Assembly: GCF_964194155.1 (NCBI RefSeq)
Contig: NC_135881.1
Span: 75,578,001 to 75,642,000 of the forward strand
Origin: Cetorhinus maximus
Taxonomy: Eukaryota
Reading direction: 5' to 3'
DNA length: 64,000 nt
Within the stretch, counting starts at the first letter, position 1. Every line of letters begins with the position of its first letter. The translations under genes and the position numbers were made by a program. Below, piece by piece: positions 1-12,411 of this stretch. The notes below the pieces were generated by a model, which worked only from the letters and a program-made list of their open reading frames with translations, had not been told where the DNA came from and ran no database searches.

Positions 1-524
1 TTATTACGGTGTAATGCAAGTTCTAATGGAAAGAAGCTTGAAGAGGGAGCATTGTAGGACGTAACATTCTGCCACTGACAGGTTACTCTACAGTTAGCAC
101 GTGAGAATTATGAAAAACAATGAGACAACATTCAAAACTCAAATTAAATTCTAATGTCTTTTCTAGATTGGAACAATACAATACACTGTTAGCAATACGC
201 CTGTAACAATTAACCACAAATACATTACAAGAAACATATACATATTATCACCCAGCAAGTGGTTAATTCACTGCCAATTGTACCTCTAACAGCTAACCAG
301 GCTGCTCAGCTAAGCCCCAAATTACCTTTTGCAATAATCTTTATAAACCAAGATCTGTATCAATAACTTCTTTCCTGGTTCATATGGCAATGAAACAATT
401 CAAGTCTCTTAAGTTTCTGACACCTTACAAACTTTTGCTTGGAGAATTAAAACAAGGCTCACCTAAAAAAGTATATAAACTAAACCTGTCTGCTCATTTC
501 TCTGCATTTCAAAAAATAGTATTG

Positions 525-1720
525 GCCCAGGTCTTCCGGTCTCCGGAGGGTCGTACCCTGCAAGATGCATTGGGGGACCCCCTGAAAGTCCCCACACAAG
601 GACTGCACCGGAATTGCCTGGGAAGTTTCAACTTCCATTGGGCAATTACCCTGCGCCTGGAACCCTCCGAAACACCGATTTAAAATTGGAGACTTGAAAT
701 GGTTCCCACTCACTTAGCAGAATAGTTACCCAGGAAAAGTTAAAAGTTACCAGTTCTAACTCCGGGTAACTATACTGCTGACCCCCCTGCACCCACTACT
801 GGACCCACCGACCAATCCCACCCCTGAGACCACACCTCCGACCCCCCAACTAACCCCTTTTCCCCGACAATCCCTCCAACCCCCAATACACCCTGACTCA
901 CTGAATGCCCTACCGACCCTCTGACTCTTGCCCCTATCCACTGACTAGCATCCCCAATCCCCTCACCTCGACCACTTCCCGATTGCCCCCTGCCCCAACT
1001 AACTTCTGACCCCCCACTGATCACTTGACAATCCCCACTCCCTGACTAAACCCCACTCCCCGACTAACTCCCCAACACCCTCTGACCACCTGACTACCCC
1101 CCCCCCCCGAATACCCCTGACCCCCTACTGACCCACCACCCTTCACTACCCCCTACCCGCTGAATACACCCAATTACCTCTCCTGACTAGGTGACCATAC
1201 CCAACCCGCCCCCTGATCACCTGACTAGTCCCCCATCCTGACCCCCCTGACCATCCGACTACCCCCCTCCCCCACCATCAGACTACTCCCCCACCCCAAC
1301 CACCCGAATAACCTCCCCATCCCCCGACTACCCCGAGACACCCTGACCATCCTACAGCCCCGCTGACCACCCAAACCCTCTGACACATCCTAACACCCCG
1401 GCCACTCGACACCTACGCCCTGATCCATTTTACCCCCTAACCCACTGACCTTACACACTGACTTTCTGTCCTAGCTTGTCAAAGTGGCTGGGACATTTAA
1501 ACTTATGGGAATGCAGCAGCTAGTGCCGTAAAAAGGGGGCCTGGCTTTGCTTTCCCTGGCGCTCCTACACTGCACTGGGCTTCAGGAGCAGCTACGCTCC
1601 ACATTTCTCAGCAGGCCCAGGTCGGAAGTCCGGGTGAGAAATGTGGAGCTCCAGGCTAAGGTAGAAAATAGGAGCGGTGTGGAAATCGGATGATGTTTGC
1701 CACTCCATGGACAATTTGGT
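525..1720 (+). mobile_element. Non-autonomous repeat (possibly Harbinger-derived) with an internal C-rich minisatellite at about 780-1450
   Basis: Flanks match 52100-52770 in reverse complement (AGCTAGTGCCGTAAAAAGGGGG near 1520 vs CCCCCTTTTTACAGCACTACC at 52211). Left end GGCCCAGGTCTTCC weakly resembles the local TIR. Ends uncertain. Confidence 0.5.
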
Positions 1721-2607
1721 TAATGGTCAATCAATGCCAGTTTGTGTTCTTGCAGCCTTGAAAAAACTTAAGACCAACTGTATTAGCATTTTTAAAACAT
1801 ATTGATCCCTTATCTTCGAACTTGCTCTCTCTAGTTTCTTGTGAATATAATATAAACTTGCCCAAAGTTCTGACTTGACACCAAAGCTAGAACATTTGTT
1901 TTTTGGTTTCTACTCATTTTACAACTTTTTATGCCTGAAAATGTTTCACCAGTGTTAATTGAAAAGAAATCCCAGTCTGCAGCTGTTACAGTCAACAACA
2001 TTTTGTATTTAATTTAAATTATCAATGCTCCCAGTGGGTTAAATAGCTTCCACAAATCTCAACCACAAGTTTTGTTTAGTAGTACAATTGTCAGTCAAAA
2101 ATATTACAGCTTGTTACACAATAAGTGAGTTATAGATGAGACCAAACAAGGTGATGCTGGAAGAGAAAGTGAAGGAATCTGCTGCCTGGATGGTCATATA
2201 GTTGTTATTAATGCCTGTTCTACTTTGAGAAAGACAAGTGCTGCCTTTGGCATCTTTGTCTTTTTCCTATTGCTTTTCAGTGAGAAAAGATATGGAAGGA
2301 CTGGTCATGGCAACCAAAGCATATGCCATCTGTTTGGTACATCTGTGTATTGGCTCACTATGTTGGAGGTTGATTATATCTGATATTGCAGCTGATAATA
2401 CAGCTGTGGAACTGGCTTAATAGTGGCCTGGATCCAGCCATTGCCACATAGATGTGTTATGGCCTGTAGATGTGGTTGGTGTGGGCTCAGACAATCCCAC
2501 TGTGACACCTATTGATCTTCTTGGCATGCATTCTTTCATCTTGTGCCATTATGGCTATTAAACAATGCAGCTGGGATGCTTTCAAAACAATCCACAACAT
2601 TTATTTT

Positions 2608-2743
2608 GTGCTCTGAAGAGTCATATTCGACTTGAAACATGAATTCTGTTTCGCTGTCCACAGATGCTGCCATAACCTGCTGAGCATTTCCAGCACCTCC
2701 GGTTTTTATTTCAGATTTCCAGCGTCCTCAATATATTGTTTTT
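2608..2743 (+). mobile_element. Short Penelope terminal-repeat fragment with hammerhead-like motif
   Basis: CTGAAGAGTC..GACTTGAAAC followed by the CACAGATGCTGCC..CTGCTGAGCATTTCCAGCA block found at the end of the GIY-YIG elements in this window. Near-TSD ACATTTATTTT/ACATTAATTTT. Confidence 0.7.
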
Positions 2744-3702
2744 ACATTAATTTTAACTTTTCCTGTCAACTAGCAGGGGGGCTCTGCAGCTTGAATTAGG
2801 TTTGTTGTTTCCTGAGCTGGAGCGAATATTCATATTGTAAATGATCCTTTTCACATCTGCTCTTCTTTTACCATTTTCCTGTTGTGCTTTTTGGAAAAGC
2901 TTCAAGAACAACAGGCTTCCTGTGGATTTTGCAAACAATATTTGAATTATTCCATACCGCCCCCCCATGGAAAAATTCCAACCATGCTCTGAAGCCCAAA
3001 AGTTAAGCAATAAGCAGAACACACAAAGTAAAACAAATCAAAAACAGCAGTTAAAAAAAAGGAAAACAAAAAGCAAAATGTCACTACCTTTGAATGCTCA
3101 TGTATGTATCAAGCACCTCTTTGCACCTTCTAAAGAAATGCAAACTCAGCATACAGCGCATTCACATAGATGTTGAGAAATTGTATTTACATATTTCACA
3201 CGCTCACTAGTACTAAAATTAACTTCTTGAAAAAAATGTGCAAAATCCATCAATCTAGCTATTAAATCTGAATGGAAGGCTTTAGGCAGCAGTTTTCCAG
3301 CAGGGACCAAGTGCGATTTTTTGAGTTTCCAAGACCCCACCCGCCTCATTCCACTGACTAGAAAATTTTTTCCCGGAACAACCAAATTTCATTATCATGC
3401 GGACGCAAAATATATTTGCAAAAGCACTTGCTATGCAAAGTGTGTCTATCAGCATTTTCAAAGAAATAAAGTTTAGTTTGGAATCTGACTGCAATCTGAA
3501 TTTGGCAACAATATTTCATTTATATTAGATTATTTATTTTTAGCTGCTTTGAGCTATTCAATTACCTTTCAAAGAGAGCTGCTGTTAAGACAGTTGTTAT
3601 TCTACAGCATAATAAATTTTTATGAATGTTTAATATTAAACAATAAATAATCATATCTTAATAAATTAATGAAATAAATAACAGTAAGATGATTAATCAC
3701 TG

Positions 3703-4409
3703 GGCCATAATATTCCTGTAGCAGGGCATCTAACAGCATTTGCTGAGAGTTATGCTTTCCCTAGCACATTTAGGCTTTAAAACCTTTTGCGTGACAAGTT
3801 GCTAAAAGTGCGAGTTGACAATGATGCAGTGAGGGAAATAGAACATCTGGGACTTGAGTGAACAGGGCAAGCAACTATTTATCTCCTTAACAAATCAGAT
3901 TGAAGCATTGTGAAATTAACAACAGAAGGCGAGAAGGAGGGTGAATTAGAGTGGGTGAATATAATATCAAACTATAAAGAGATGTAAAGAGAGAGAAAGA
4001 AAGAGTGGGTTAAGAGAAAGAGAAAAAGGAGAAATTTAAAAACTTTATTTTACATTCTTAAAATCTCAAGAACATATCAAAAGGTGAAGAAATGAGAGTC
4101 CACAATTGTAGAAGTTAATTTTCAGTGCCAGAGTGGTTGTCTAGGAGTAATTCATACTTATCACATTGTTAACAGACTGAAATGGAAAGAGTTAACTTTC
4201 TGTGATGAGTTTAGTTCTTATCTACCATGCAAGTGGAGTCACTTCATGCCATTCAATACATTTCAATGGTGAGCCAGACAACGAGGTGCCATTTTCTTGA
4301 AGCTAACTGTATACTTGACAGCAACTTCTCAATTTCTGTGTCTAATCACACATTTGCCCTTCTCTGAAGCAATAACTTGCTACCATTATTTTGACTGAAA
4401 GTTATGGGC
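3703..4409. mobile_element. Possible old MITE (Harbinger-like TIRs) with GA-rich centre
   Basis: GGCCATAATATT at 3703 and AAAGTTATGGGC ending at 4409 form an imperfect inverted pair; no clean TSD. Confidence 0.3.
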
Positions 4410-5192
4410 TATCATATCTTTTAAGTAGTAATATCCAGTTTGTGAATAAACTTTGCAACAGCAGTTTTATTGTGTGAATTACAATAACAGATTAAAGAGG
4501 CAATACTCTTCAATTATGCATTACAAAGTGGCTTATAACGGAAGCATTGTCCACAAGTAGCGCAGCCTAGAATTTCATATCCACATCTGTTTCTCTTGGG
4601 AAATGATTACGATTTTCAGAAACACTTAAAGAACATTGTTTAGGAAGATCACATGGTATTTCTTGGCACACTCTTTTGCTAATATAGAACAACATTCAGT
4701 AACTCGCCATGCAACTGGAGGACATTAACCCTTGAACAACCTCCATGAGTTTTAAGTAGCCTGCCTGTTCAGATACTTACACTATTAGAAGCACAATTTT
4801 TACTAGCAGAAGTGTAGATTTTATATACAATCTATTCTTCATCAAAAGTTACTTAACGCCTTATGATTGAAATGTACAGAATTAAATTACTACTTTGCAG
4901 TGTTGGTTTACATTGCTTGATTTGATTTATTAATTCAAATATTTTAATGCAAGAATAAATAACTATGAATTATTAGGAGTAGATTACAGTGAAATGAACA
5001 GCTTATCAGGTCATTTCTTTGTTTATTTTATAACACAGTGCAAAATAGATACTGCACCTTCCTGAACCTCTTAGGGGCAACCACAGAATTTGTCTTTGAC
5101 AATTTTCCTGATAGAATCATTATTCTAAGACACGCTATCCTTTTCAAATGCATGGCTTTATTGTATTTTTTTTTTAAATGGCTACCTCACAA

Positions 5193-6712
5193 ATAGGATC
5201 ACAGAATTGTTACAGTGCAGGCCCATTTGACCCATTGTGTCTGCACCGGCTCTCCAAATAAACAATTCACTTAGTGCCATTCCCCCGCCTTCTCCCCGTG
5301 ACTCTGCATGTGCTTCCTTTTCGAATAACAGTCTAATTCCCTTTTGAATGCCTCTATTGAATCTGCCTCAACCACACTCTCGGCAATGCATTCCAGAACT
5401 TAACCACTCGCTGCATGAAAAAGATTTTTCTCATATCGCTTCTGCTTCTTTTGCAAATTACTTGAAATCTATGCCCTCACGTTTTTGATCCTTTCACGAG
5501 TGAGAACAGTTTCTCCCTATCTACTCTGTCCAGACCACTCATGATTTTGAATATCTCTATTAAATCCTCCCTCGGTCTTATCTTCTTCAAGGAAAACAGT
5601 CCCAATTTCTCCAATTTATCCTCATACCTGAAGTTGCTCAGCCATGGAACCATCCTATGAACCTTTTCTGCACTCTCTCCAATGCCTTCACTTCTTTCCT
5701 AAAGTGTGGTGCCCAGAACTCGATGCAAAACTCCAGCAGAGGCTGAACCAGTGTCCTATACAAGTTCAACATAACCTCCATGCTCTTGGACACTATGCCC
5801 CTACTAAAACGATATGGCATGCTTTGTTAAGTGCTCTCTCAACCTGCCCTGCCACCTTCAATGACTTATGCACATATGCATCCAAGTCCCTCTGCTCCTC
5901 AGCCTCCTTTAGAGTTGTACCCTTTATTTTATATTGTCTCTCCATATTCTTTGTACTAAAATGAATCACTTCACATTTCTCCGCATTGAACTTCATCTGC
6001 CACCTGTCTGCCCATTCCACTATTTGTCCACATTCTTTTGAAGCTCTACGCTACCTTCCTCGCATTTCACAATGCTTGCAAGCTTTGCTAATTTTAAATT
6101 TGTGCCTTGTAAACCAAGGCCTAGATCATTTATATATATCAGGAAAAACAAGGGCCCCAATACTGACCCCTGGGGAACTGCACTGCAAACCTTCCTCCAG
6201 CCCGAAAAACATCCATTAATCACTGTTCTCTGTTTCCTGTCACTCAGCCAATTTTGTTAATGTCCCTTTTATTCCATGACCTATAACTTTGCTCACAATT
6301 TTGTTGTGCAGCTCTGTATCAAATGCCTTTTGGAACTCCATGTGCACCACATCAACAGTATTGCCTTCATCAACCCTCTCTGTTACAACTTCAAAAAGTT
6401 CCAGCAAGTTAGTTAAACATGATTTTCCCTTAAGAAATCTATGTTGGCTCTCCTTAATTAACCCACATTTGTCCTGTGACTATTAATTTTGTCCCTAATT
6501 CTTGTTTCTAGAATTTACCTCACATTGAAGTTAAACTGAAAAGGTGTAACGTTTGCAATTCTTCAGTCCTTGGGAACCACCCCTGAGTCTGAGGAAAACT
6601 GAAAAATTATGGCTGGTGCCTCTGCAATTTCCAATCTCACTTCTCTCAGTATTCTTGGATGCATCTCATCTGGTCCTGGTGCCTAATCAACTTTCCAATA
6701 CCTTATTCCTAT
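5193..6712 (-). mobile_element. CR1 LINE, 5'-truncated, degraded RT and 3' end
   Basis: Minus-strand ORF pieces VPQGSVLGPLFFLIYINDL, WADRWQMKFNAEKCEV and LYRTLVQPLLEFC; 3' tail near 5193. Confidence 0.92.
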
Positions 6713-7073
6713 CTTCACGTGATTATCGTTCAGACTTTGCTTCCCTTCATATGCAGAATATGAAGGCCTACTTATAACCTGATCTGGATTGATTTTACCA
6801 TTCTGATATTATCTTACCATTCTGCTGCAGACCATCACCACAGAGCCCATAGATTATTTTTTTAAGTTTCCTTACTTTTTTTGTGTGTCATTTTTTTTCC
6901 AGTCCTGGCTTCTCTTGTTCAGGTTTCTGGCTGGGAAAGTTCAGATTAACCAGATGTAGACTATAGGGATCTGAATTAAACCGCAGTGTATCACAGTGTG
7001 CTTTGGACTCCATTCCTGAGACTGAATGTTCCACTGTGTTTACTGGGTGCACCTAATCGCAAGGATCACAATT

Positions 7074-8073
7074 TGTAACACACAATGTCATTAATTCCAA
7101 GATGGAAAGTAAAATATGAATTACAATCTTTGATTTTGTTACAAGACTACACCCCTTTATTTTTGAAATATGATTTTTCAACATTCAACTGACTTGAACT
7201 TTTGCAATTTGAACTGGGACAAAAAAAACTGCTTAAAAGTGCAAGGCCACATTCCAAGTGAAAGTGAGAAACCAACAAATCATGTTCAGGGGAGTGTGAA
7301 GAGAGAGACATTTATAACCCAGACATCCATTGAAACTTGTAATTGTCTAAGGAAGAGACATTAAAAATGTAAAATACTGGATATTCAAACAATGGCTGCC
7401 ACAAACAGACCCAGACCTCTTGGAAATACATGATGGGTAAAGATGGCAAGGCTGCCAGCCACTAGAGAGAGAGTGCAGGTGACACAGGCGGTGTCCAGAA
7501 AGCCTTCAGCAGATGAAACAAGCTAAGGGCTGCTGCTCTTACCCTCTCCCTCTTTTGGAATAAGTGTGTTGACCGGTTCGAGAAGTCAACTCTACCAGAA
7601 CCTACCAGTGAACTGAGATCTCATGATCCTTGAAACATTGTCTAGATCTGATTGCATCCAAGAAATCAGCTAACGTAAATTGTGCGCAACGCTTAAAGTC
7701 TACACCTCAAGGGCAATCAAAGGACACATAACTGTGTATTCTTTCACCTTTTTATTGGACTCTAACTGCCCTTATTCCTGATACGTGTGTGTGTGTATGT
7801 GTATGTGTGGGCCCTATTGTCTGAGGGCTAATTGCTTGATGTCGCTTATAAAATTATTTTTCTTGAGTTTAGGGGTTAATAAATTTTCGCTTTCTTTGAC
7901 TCAAGAAAACTTTCTTTGATTTGTTCCTTATTGCTCATGGCTTAAATAGTTAAAAACATTCCCATTTGGAAAACACATATCCTCATTAAAAAAAAACTTG
8001 AACCTTTATTGTGACCAACTAAGAAAGTTGAATAAAGGGGAGCTAGTTCATCCCTTCTCACGTGTTTGTATCA
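7074..8073 (+). mobile_element. Probable solo LTR (about 1.0 kb)
   Basis: Starts TGTAACA and ends GTATCA; flanks AATT/ATTT (near 4-bp TSD); AATAAA at 7878; (TG)n near 7785-7808; no coding capacity. Confidence 0.5.
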
Positions 8074-9029
8074 ATTTACACATGAGGCTAATTCACCTAA
8101 ATAAGGTTGACAGAATTTCATAAAATTAACTGCACACCTGAGCAAAATAAATATATTAAAATCATTAAATTCTCCTTATTGATAAATTGTTAAAACTTAC
8201 TTATGAGAAGAGTAAGTCACAGTTCTGTCCAGAGGATTGACTGTGCCATTATCCATCCAGTTAAAAATGTTCAGCCTCTTGATTACATCTGAATTATTCT
8301 TCAACAAAATTATGTATAGCAAAATTGGGAATCTTTTGAAAACTTCTTACTTGTCACCATTGTGATCTCAGTGTTCTGCATAACATCTATTTACCTAATA
8401 ATAAAACATTGCAGCCCTAATTGGTGGTTGCAGGGAAAGCCTACTTTTTGTTGCTAATATCAGAATAGTAGAAAGGTAGAGCACCACTGGACAAGTTAAA
8501 AACAAACATACGCCATGCCTGGATACACTTTTCTTAAACCACATCAGTACGTCTGATCTCTCCATAATCCCAAGGCATCATTCCCATTTAAATCAGACAT
8601 CCATACTTATTACAGGGACATAAGAGTCAGCATCAACAACAACTTGCAATTATATAGCACCTTTAACATGGCGAATTGTGCTTCACAAGAACATCATCAA
8701 ACAAAATTTGACACTGAGCAACATGAGGGATATTAGGGCAGATGGCCAAAAACTTGGTCAAACAGGTAGCTTTTAGAGAGTGTCCTAAAGGAAGAAAGCA
8801 AGACAGAAAAGCAGAGAAGTTTAGGAATGGAGTTCCAGAGTCAAGGGCCCAGGTAGCTGAAGGCAGGGCCAACAGGTGGAGTGATTAAACTTTGGGAGGC
8901 TCAACAGCGAGAATTGGAGGAGCATAGGTTTCTCAAAAATACATTCAGCTGAATGAATTACAGAAATGGGGAGGGGAAAGGCTATGGAAGGATTTGAAAA
9001 ATAAGAATGAGAATTTTACTATCAAGGCA

Positions 9030-10840
9030 TTTTTTTTTATTCATTCACGGGATGTGGGCTTCGCTGGCTGGGCCAGCATTTATTACCCATCCCTAGTTGT
9101 CCTTGAGAAGGTGGTGGTGAGCTGCCTTCTTGAACCGCTGCCATCCATGTGGTGTGGGTACACCCGCAGTGCTGTTAGGAAGGGAGTTCCAGGATTTTGT
9201 CACAGTGAAGCTATGGCTATATATTTCAAAGTCAGGATGGTGAGTGACTTGGAGGGGAACTTCCAGGTGGTGGTGTTCCCATCTATCTGCTGCCCTTGTC
9301 CTTCTAGATGGTATTGGTCGTGGGTTTGGAAGGTGCTGTCGAAGGAGTCTTGGTGAATTCCTGCAGTGTATCTTGTAGATGGTACACACTGCTGCTACTG
9401 TGCATCGGTGGTGGAGGGAGTGTATGTTTATGGATGTGGTGCCAATCAAGCGGGCTGCTTTGTCCTGGATGGTGTCAAGTTTTTTCAGTGCTGTGGGGGC
9501 TGCACTCATCTAGGCAAGTGGGGAGTATTTCATCACACTCCTGACTTGTACCATGTAGGTGGTGGACAGGTTTTGAGGCGTCACGAGGTGAGTTACTTGT
9601 CACACGATTCCTAGCCTCTGACCTGCTCTTGTAGCCACAGTATTTATATGGCTAGTCCAGTTCAGTTTCTGATCAATGCTATCCCCCCAGGATGTTGATA
9701 GTGGGGGAATTTAGTGATGGTAAAACCAGTGAATGTCAAAGGGTGTTGGTTGCATAATTCTTGTTGGAGATGGTCATTGCTTGACACTTGTGTGACACGA
9801 ATGTTACTTGCCACTTGTCAGCTCAAGCCTGGATATTGTCCAGATCTTGCTGCATTTGGACATGGACTACTTCAGTACTGAGGAGTCGCAAAAGGTGCTG
9901 AACATTGTGCAATCATCAGCGAACATCCCCACTTCTGACATTATGATGGAAGGAAGGTCATTAATGAAGCAGCTGAAGATGATTGGGCTGAGGACACTAC
10001 CCTGAGGAACTCCTGCAGTGATGTCCTGGAGCTGAGATGACTAACCTCCTACAACCACAACCATCTTCCTTTGTGGTAGGTATGACTTCAACCAGTGGAG
10101 AGCTTTCCCCTTGATTCCCACTGACTCCAGTTTTGCTGGGGTTCCTTGATGCCACACTTAGTCAAATGCTGCCTTGATGTCAAGGGCAGTCATTCTCACC
10201 TCACCTTGGGAGTTCAATTTTTTTGTCCATGTTTGAACCAAGGCTGTAATGAGGTCAGGAGCTGAGTGGCCCTGGCGGAACCCAAACTGGGCATCAGTGA
10301 GCAGGTTATTCCTAAGCAAGTGCCGCTTGATGGCACTCTTGATGACCCATTCCACTAGTTAATTGATGATCGAGAGTAGACTGATAGGGTGGTAATTGGC
10401 TGGAACAAAAACAGAATTACCTGGAAAAACTCAGCAGGTCTGGCAGCATCGGCGGAGAAGAAATCAGTTAACGTTTCGAGCCTTCATGGCACTTCGGCAA
10501 GTTCTGCCGAAGGGCCATGAAGGCTCGAAACGTTAACTGATTTCTTCTCCGCCGATGCTGCCAGACCTGCTGAGTTTTTCCAGGTAATTCTGTTTTTGTT
10601 TTGGATTTCCAGCATCCGCAGTAGCTTTTAGCTTTTTGTTTTTATCTCTGGTAATTGGCTGGGTTGGATTTGTCCTGCTTTTTGTGTAGAGGACAAACCT
10701 GGGCAATTTTCCACATAGCCAGGTAGATGCCAGTGTTGTAGCTGTACTTGAACAGCTTGGCTAGGGGCGCGGCAAGTTTTAGAGCACAAGTATTCAGTAC
10801 TATTGCCGGAATATTGCCAGGGCCCATGGCCTTTGCAGTA
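9030..10840 (-). mobile_element. Second non-LTR retrotransposon family (CR1/L2 group, clade not resolved), RT plus 3' end
   Basis: ORF pieces WKIAQVCPLHKKQDKSNPANYR, QFGFRQGHS..ALDIKAAFD and SWNSLPNST..FKKAAHHHLLK; poly-T (minus-strand tail) at 9030. Confidence 0.9.
10404..10648. mobile_element. Fold-back Penelope terminal-repeat insert with 14-bp TSD
   Basis: Near-perfect inverted repeat 10404-10600; TSD TGGTAATTGGCTGG at 10390-10403 and 10649-10662. Confidence 0.85.
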
Positions 10841-11323
10841 ACCAGGTGCCAATGTAGGTCAGCCAGCATGGGGATGATGGGTGAAAAGGGCTTGGTTGGA
10901 GTAAGGACATGGGGAGTAGAGTTTCGAATGTGCTTAGGTTTATGGAAGGTGGAAAATGGAAAGCTGACCATGATTGCATTAGGATAGTCAAGTCTTGGGC
11001 TGACGAGGATGGTTGAGCGTTTCTGTTACAGATGAGCTGGGACAGGGGCACGTTCGGGCATTATTATGGAGGTGGAAATAGGCGTTCTTCGTGATGGCAT
11101 GAATATATGGTCAGAAGCCCATCTCACGGTCAAATATAAGCACCAAGATTGTGAACAGTCTGGCTCAGCCTCAGGCTGTTGGCCATGGCGAAAGATGGAG
11201 TTGGTGGCTGGATGGAACAAAATTTGTGTCAGTGAATGAAGTGACTGGTTGTTAACTAAATTGACTTCTATAAGCATGTCTGATAGATATTATTATAAGG
11301 ACAGGATAGTAATTCATTTATTC

Positions 11324-11866
11324 AAAAGCAAAATACTGTGGATGCTGGAAATCTGAAATAAAAATAGAAATGCTGGAAATACTCAGCAGGTCTGGCGGCA
11401 TCTGTGGAGAAAGGAATAGAGTTAAAGGGCTGAATTTTATCCTAGAGATGGGTAATGAGAGTCAGAGAATTTCCAGGCTTGCCATGCTCACTTCAGGGCT
11501 TCCTGCAAAGGTGGGATTTTTGTCCTGTTGGGTGGTAGGGGGGTGGGGCGGCTGTGGGTGCATACTGGAGATACTGGAGTCAGGCCTGCCACCCCCAGAA
11601 ACATTTCAGAGCATTCGCTGCCATTTTTAAAGGTCCACAGAGTCTCCCCAACTCTGCAAAAATCCAGCTTAACATTTCAGAGCTGTGACATTCACCAGAA
11701 TGGAGAAAAGCTAGAAATGTAATAGGATTTGAGGAATTAAAAGGAGGGAGGGTGGGAAGAACAACAAAAGTGAAGATCTATGAAAGGTTGAAGGGCAGGA
11801 GTGGCTAAATGACACAAGGTTTCATGATGCAGAGATAAAGGGAGTGATAATGGGACAAATAAAGAG
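11324..11866 (-). mobile_element. Penelope terminal fragment interrupted by a MITE
   Basis: AAAAGCAAAATACTGTGGATGCTGGAAATCTG..CTCAGCAGGTCTGGC block; continuation after 11671 resembles 36720-36900. Confidence 0.75.
11427..11670. mobile_element. Harbinger-type MITE (244 bp)
   Basis: TIRs GGGCTGAATTTT / AAAATCCAGCTT; inserted into the GTTAAC of the Penelope repeat; flanks AAA/AAC (alternatively TAA/TAA). Confidence 0.65.
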
Positions 11867-12335
11867 CATAAGACCATAAGATGTAGAAGCAGAAGTAGGC
11901 CATTCAGCCCATTGAGCCTGCTCTGCCATTGAATGAGATCATGGCTAATCTGATAATCCTCAACTCCACTTTCCTGCCTTTTCTCCATAACCCTTGATTC
12001 TCTTACTGATTAAAAATCCGTCTATCTTAACCTTGAATACACTTAACGACCCAGCCTCTACAGCCCTCTGTGGTAAAGAATTTCACAGATTCACTACCCT
12101 CTGAGAAAAGAAATTCCTCCTCATCTCTATCTTAAATGGGAGACCCCCTACTCTGAGATTATGCCTTCTTGTCCTAGACTCTCCCACATGGGGAAATAAC
12201 CTCTCATCATCTACCCTGTCAAGGAACCTAAGAATCTTATATGTTTCAATAAGGATGCCTCTCATTCTCCTAAACTCCAATGAGTACAGGCCCAACCTAC
12301 TCAACCTCTCCTTATAAGAAAATCCCTCCATACCC
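11867..12335 (-). mobile_element. CR1 LINE 3' fragment
   Basis: YKERLSRLGLYSLEFRRMRGILIETYKIL..RRNFFSQRVV on the minus strand; CATAAGAC tail. Confidence 0.92.
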
Positions 12336-12411
12336 AATGGCGACCTGGCAGCCGGTTCAAAAATGGTGCAGGCAGCCCCAGGGAGGCTGCCCGTGTCGGA
12401 GATGCAGCAAC

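Larger units (their letters stand above)
8633..11285 (-). mobile_element. L2 LINE 3' portion, split (8633-9029 and 10841-11285) by a younger LINE
   Basis: L2-type 3' end CAACAACTTGCAATTATATAGCACCTTT; PIIPMLADLHW motif on the minus strand near 10850-10890. Confidence 0.75.

Noticed and set aside
756-1024. Gly/Val-rich ORFs
   Set aside because: Translations of the C-rich minisatellite.
8201-8394. Minus-strand exon-like segment (also 326-462)
   Set aside because: Stops in all three frames; could only be non-coding, and there is no further evidence.
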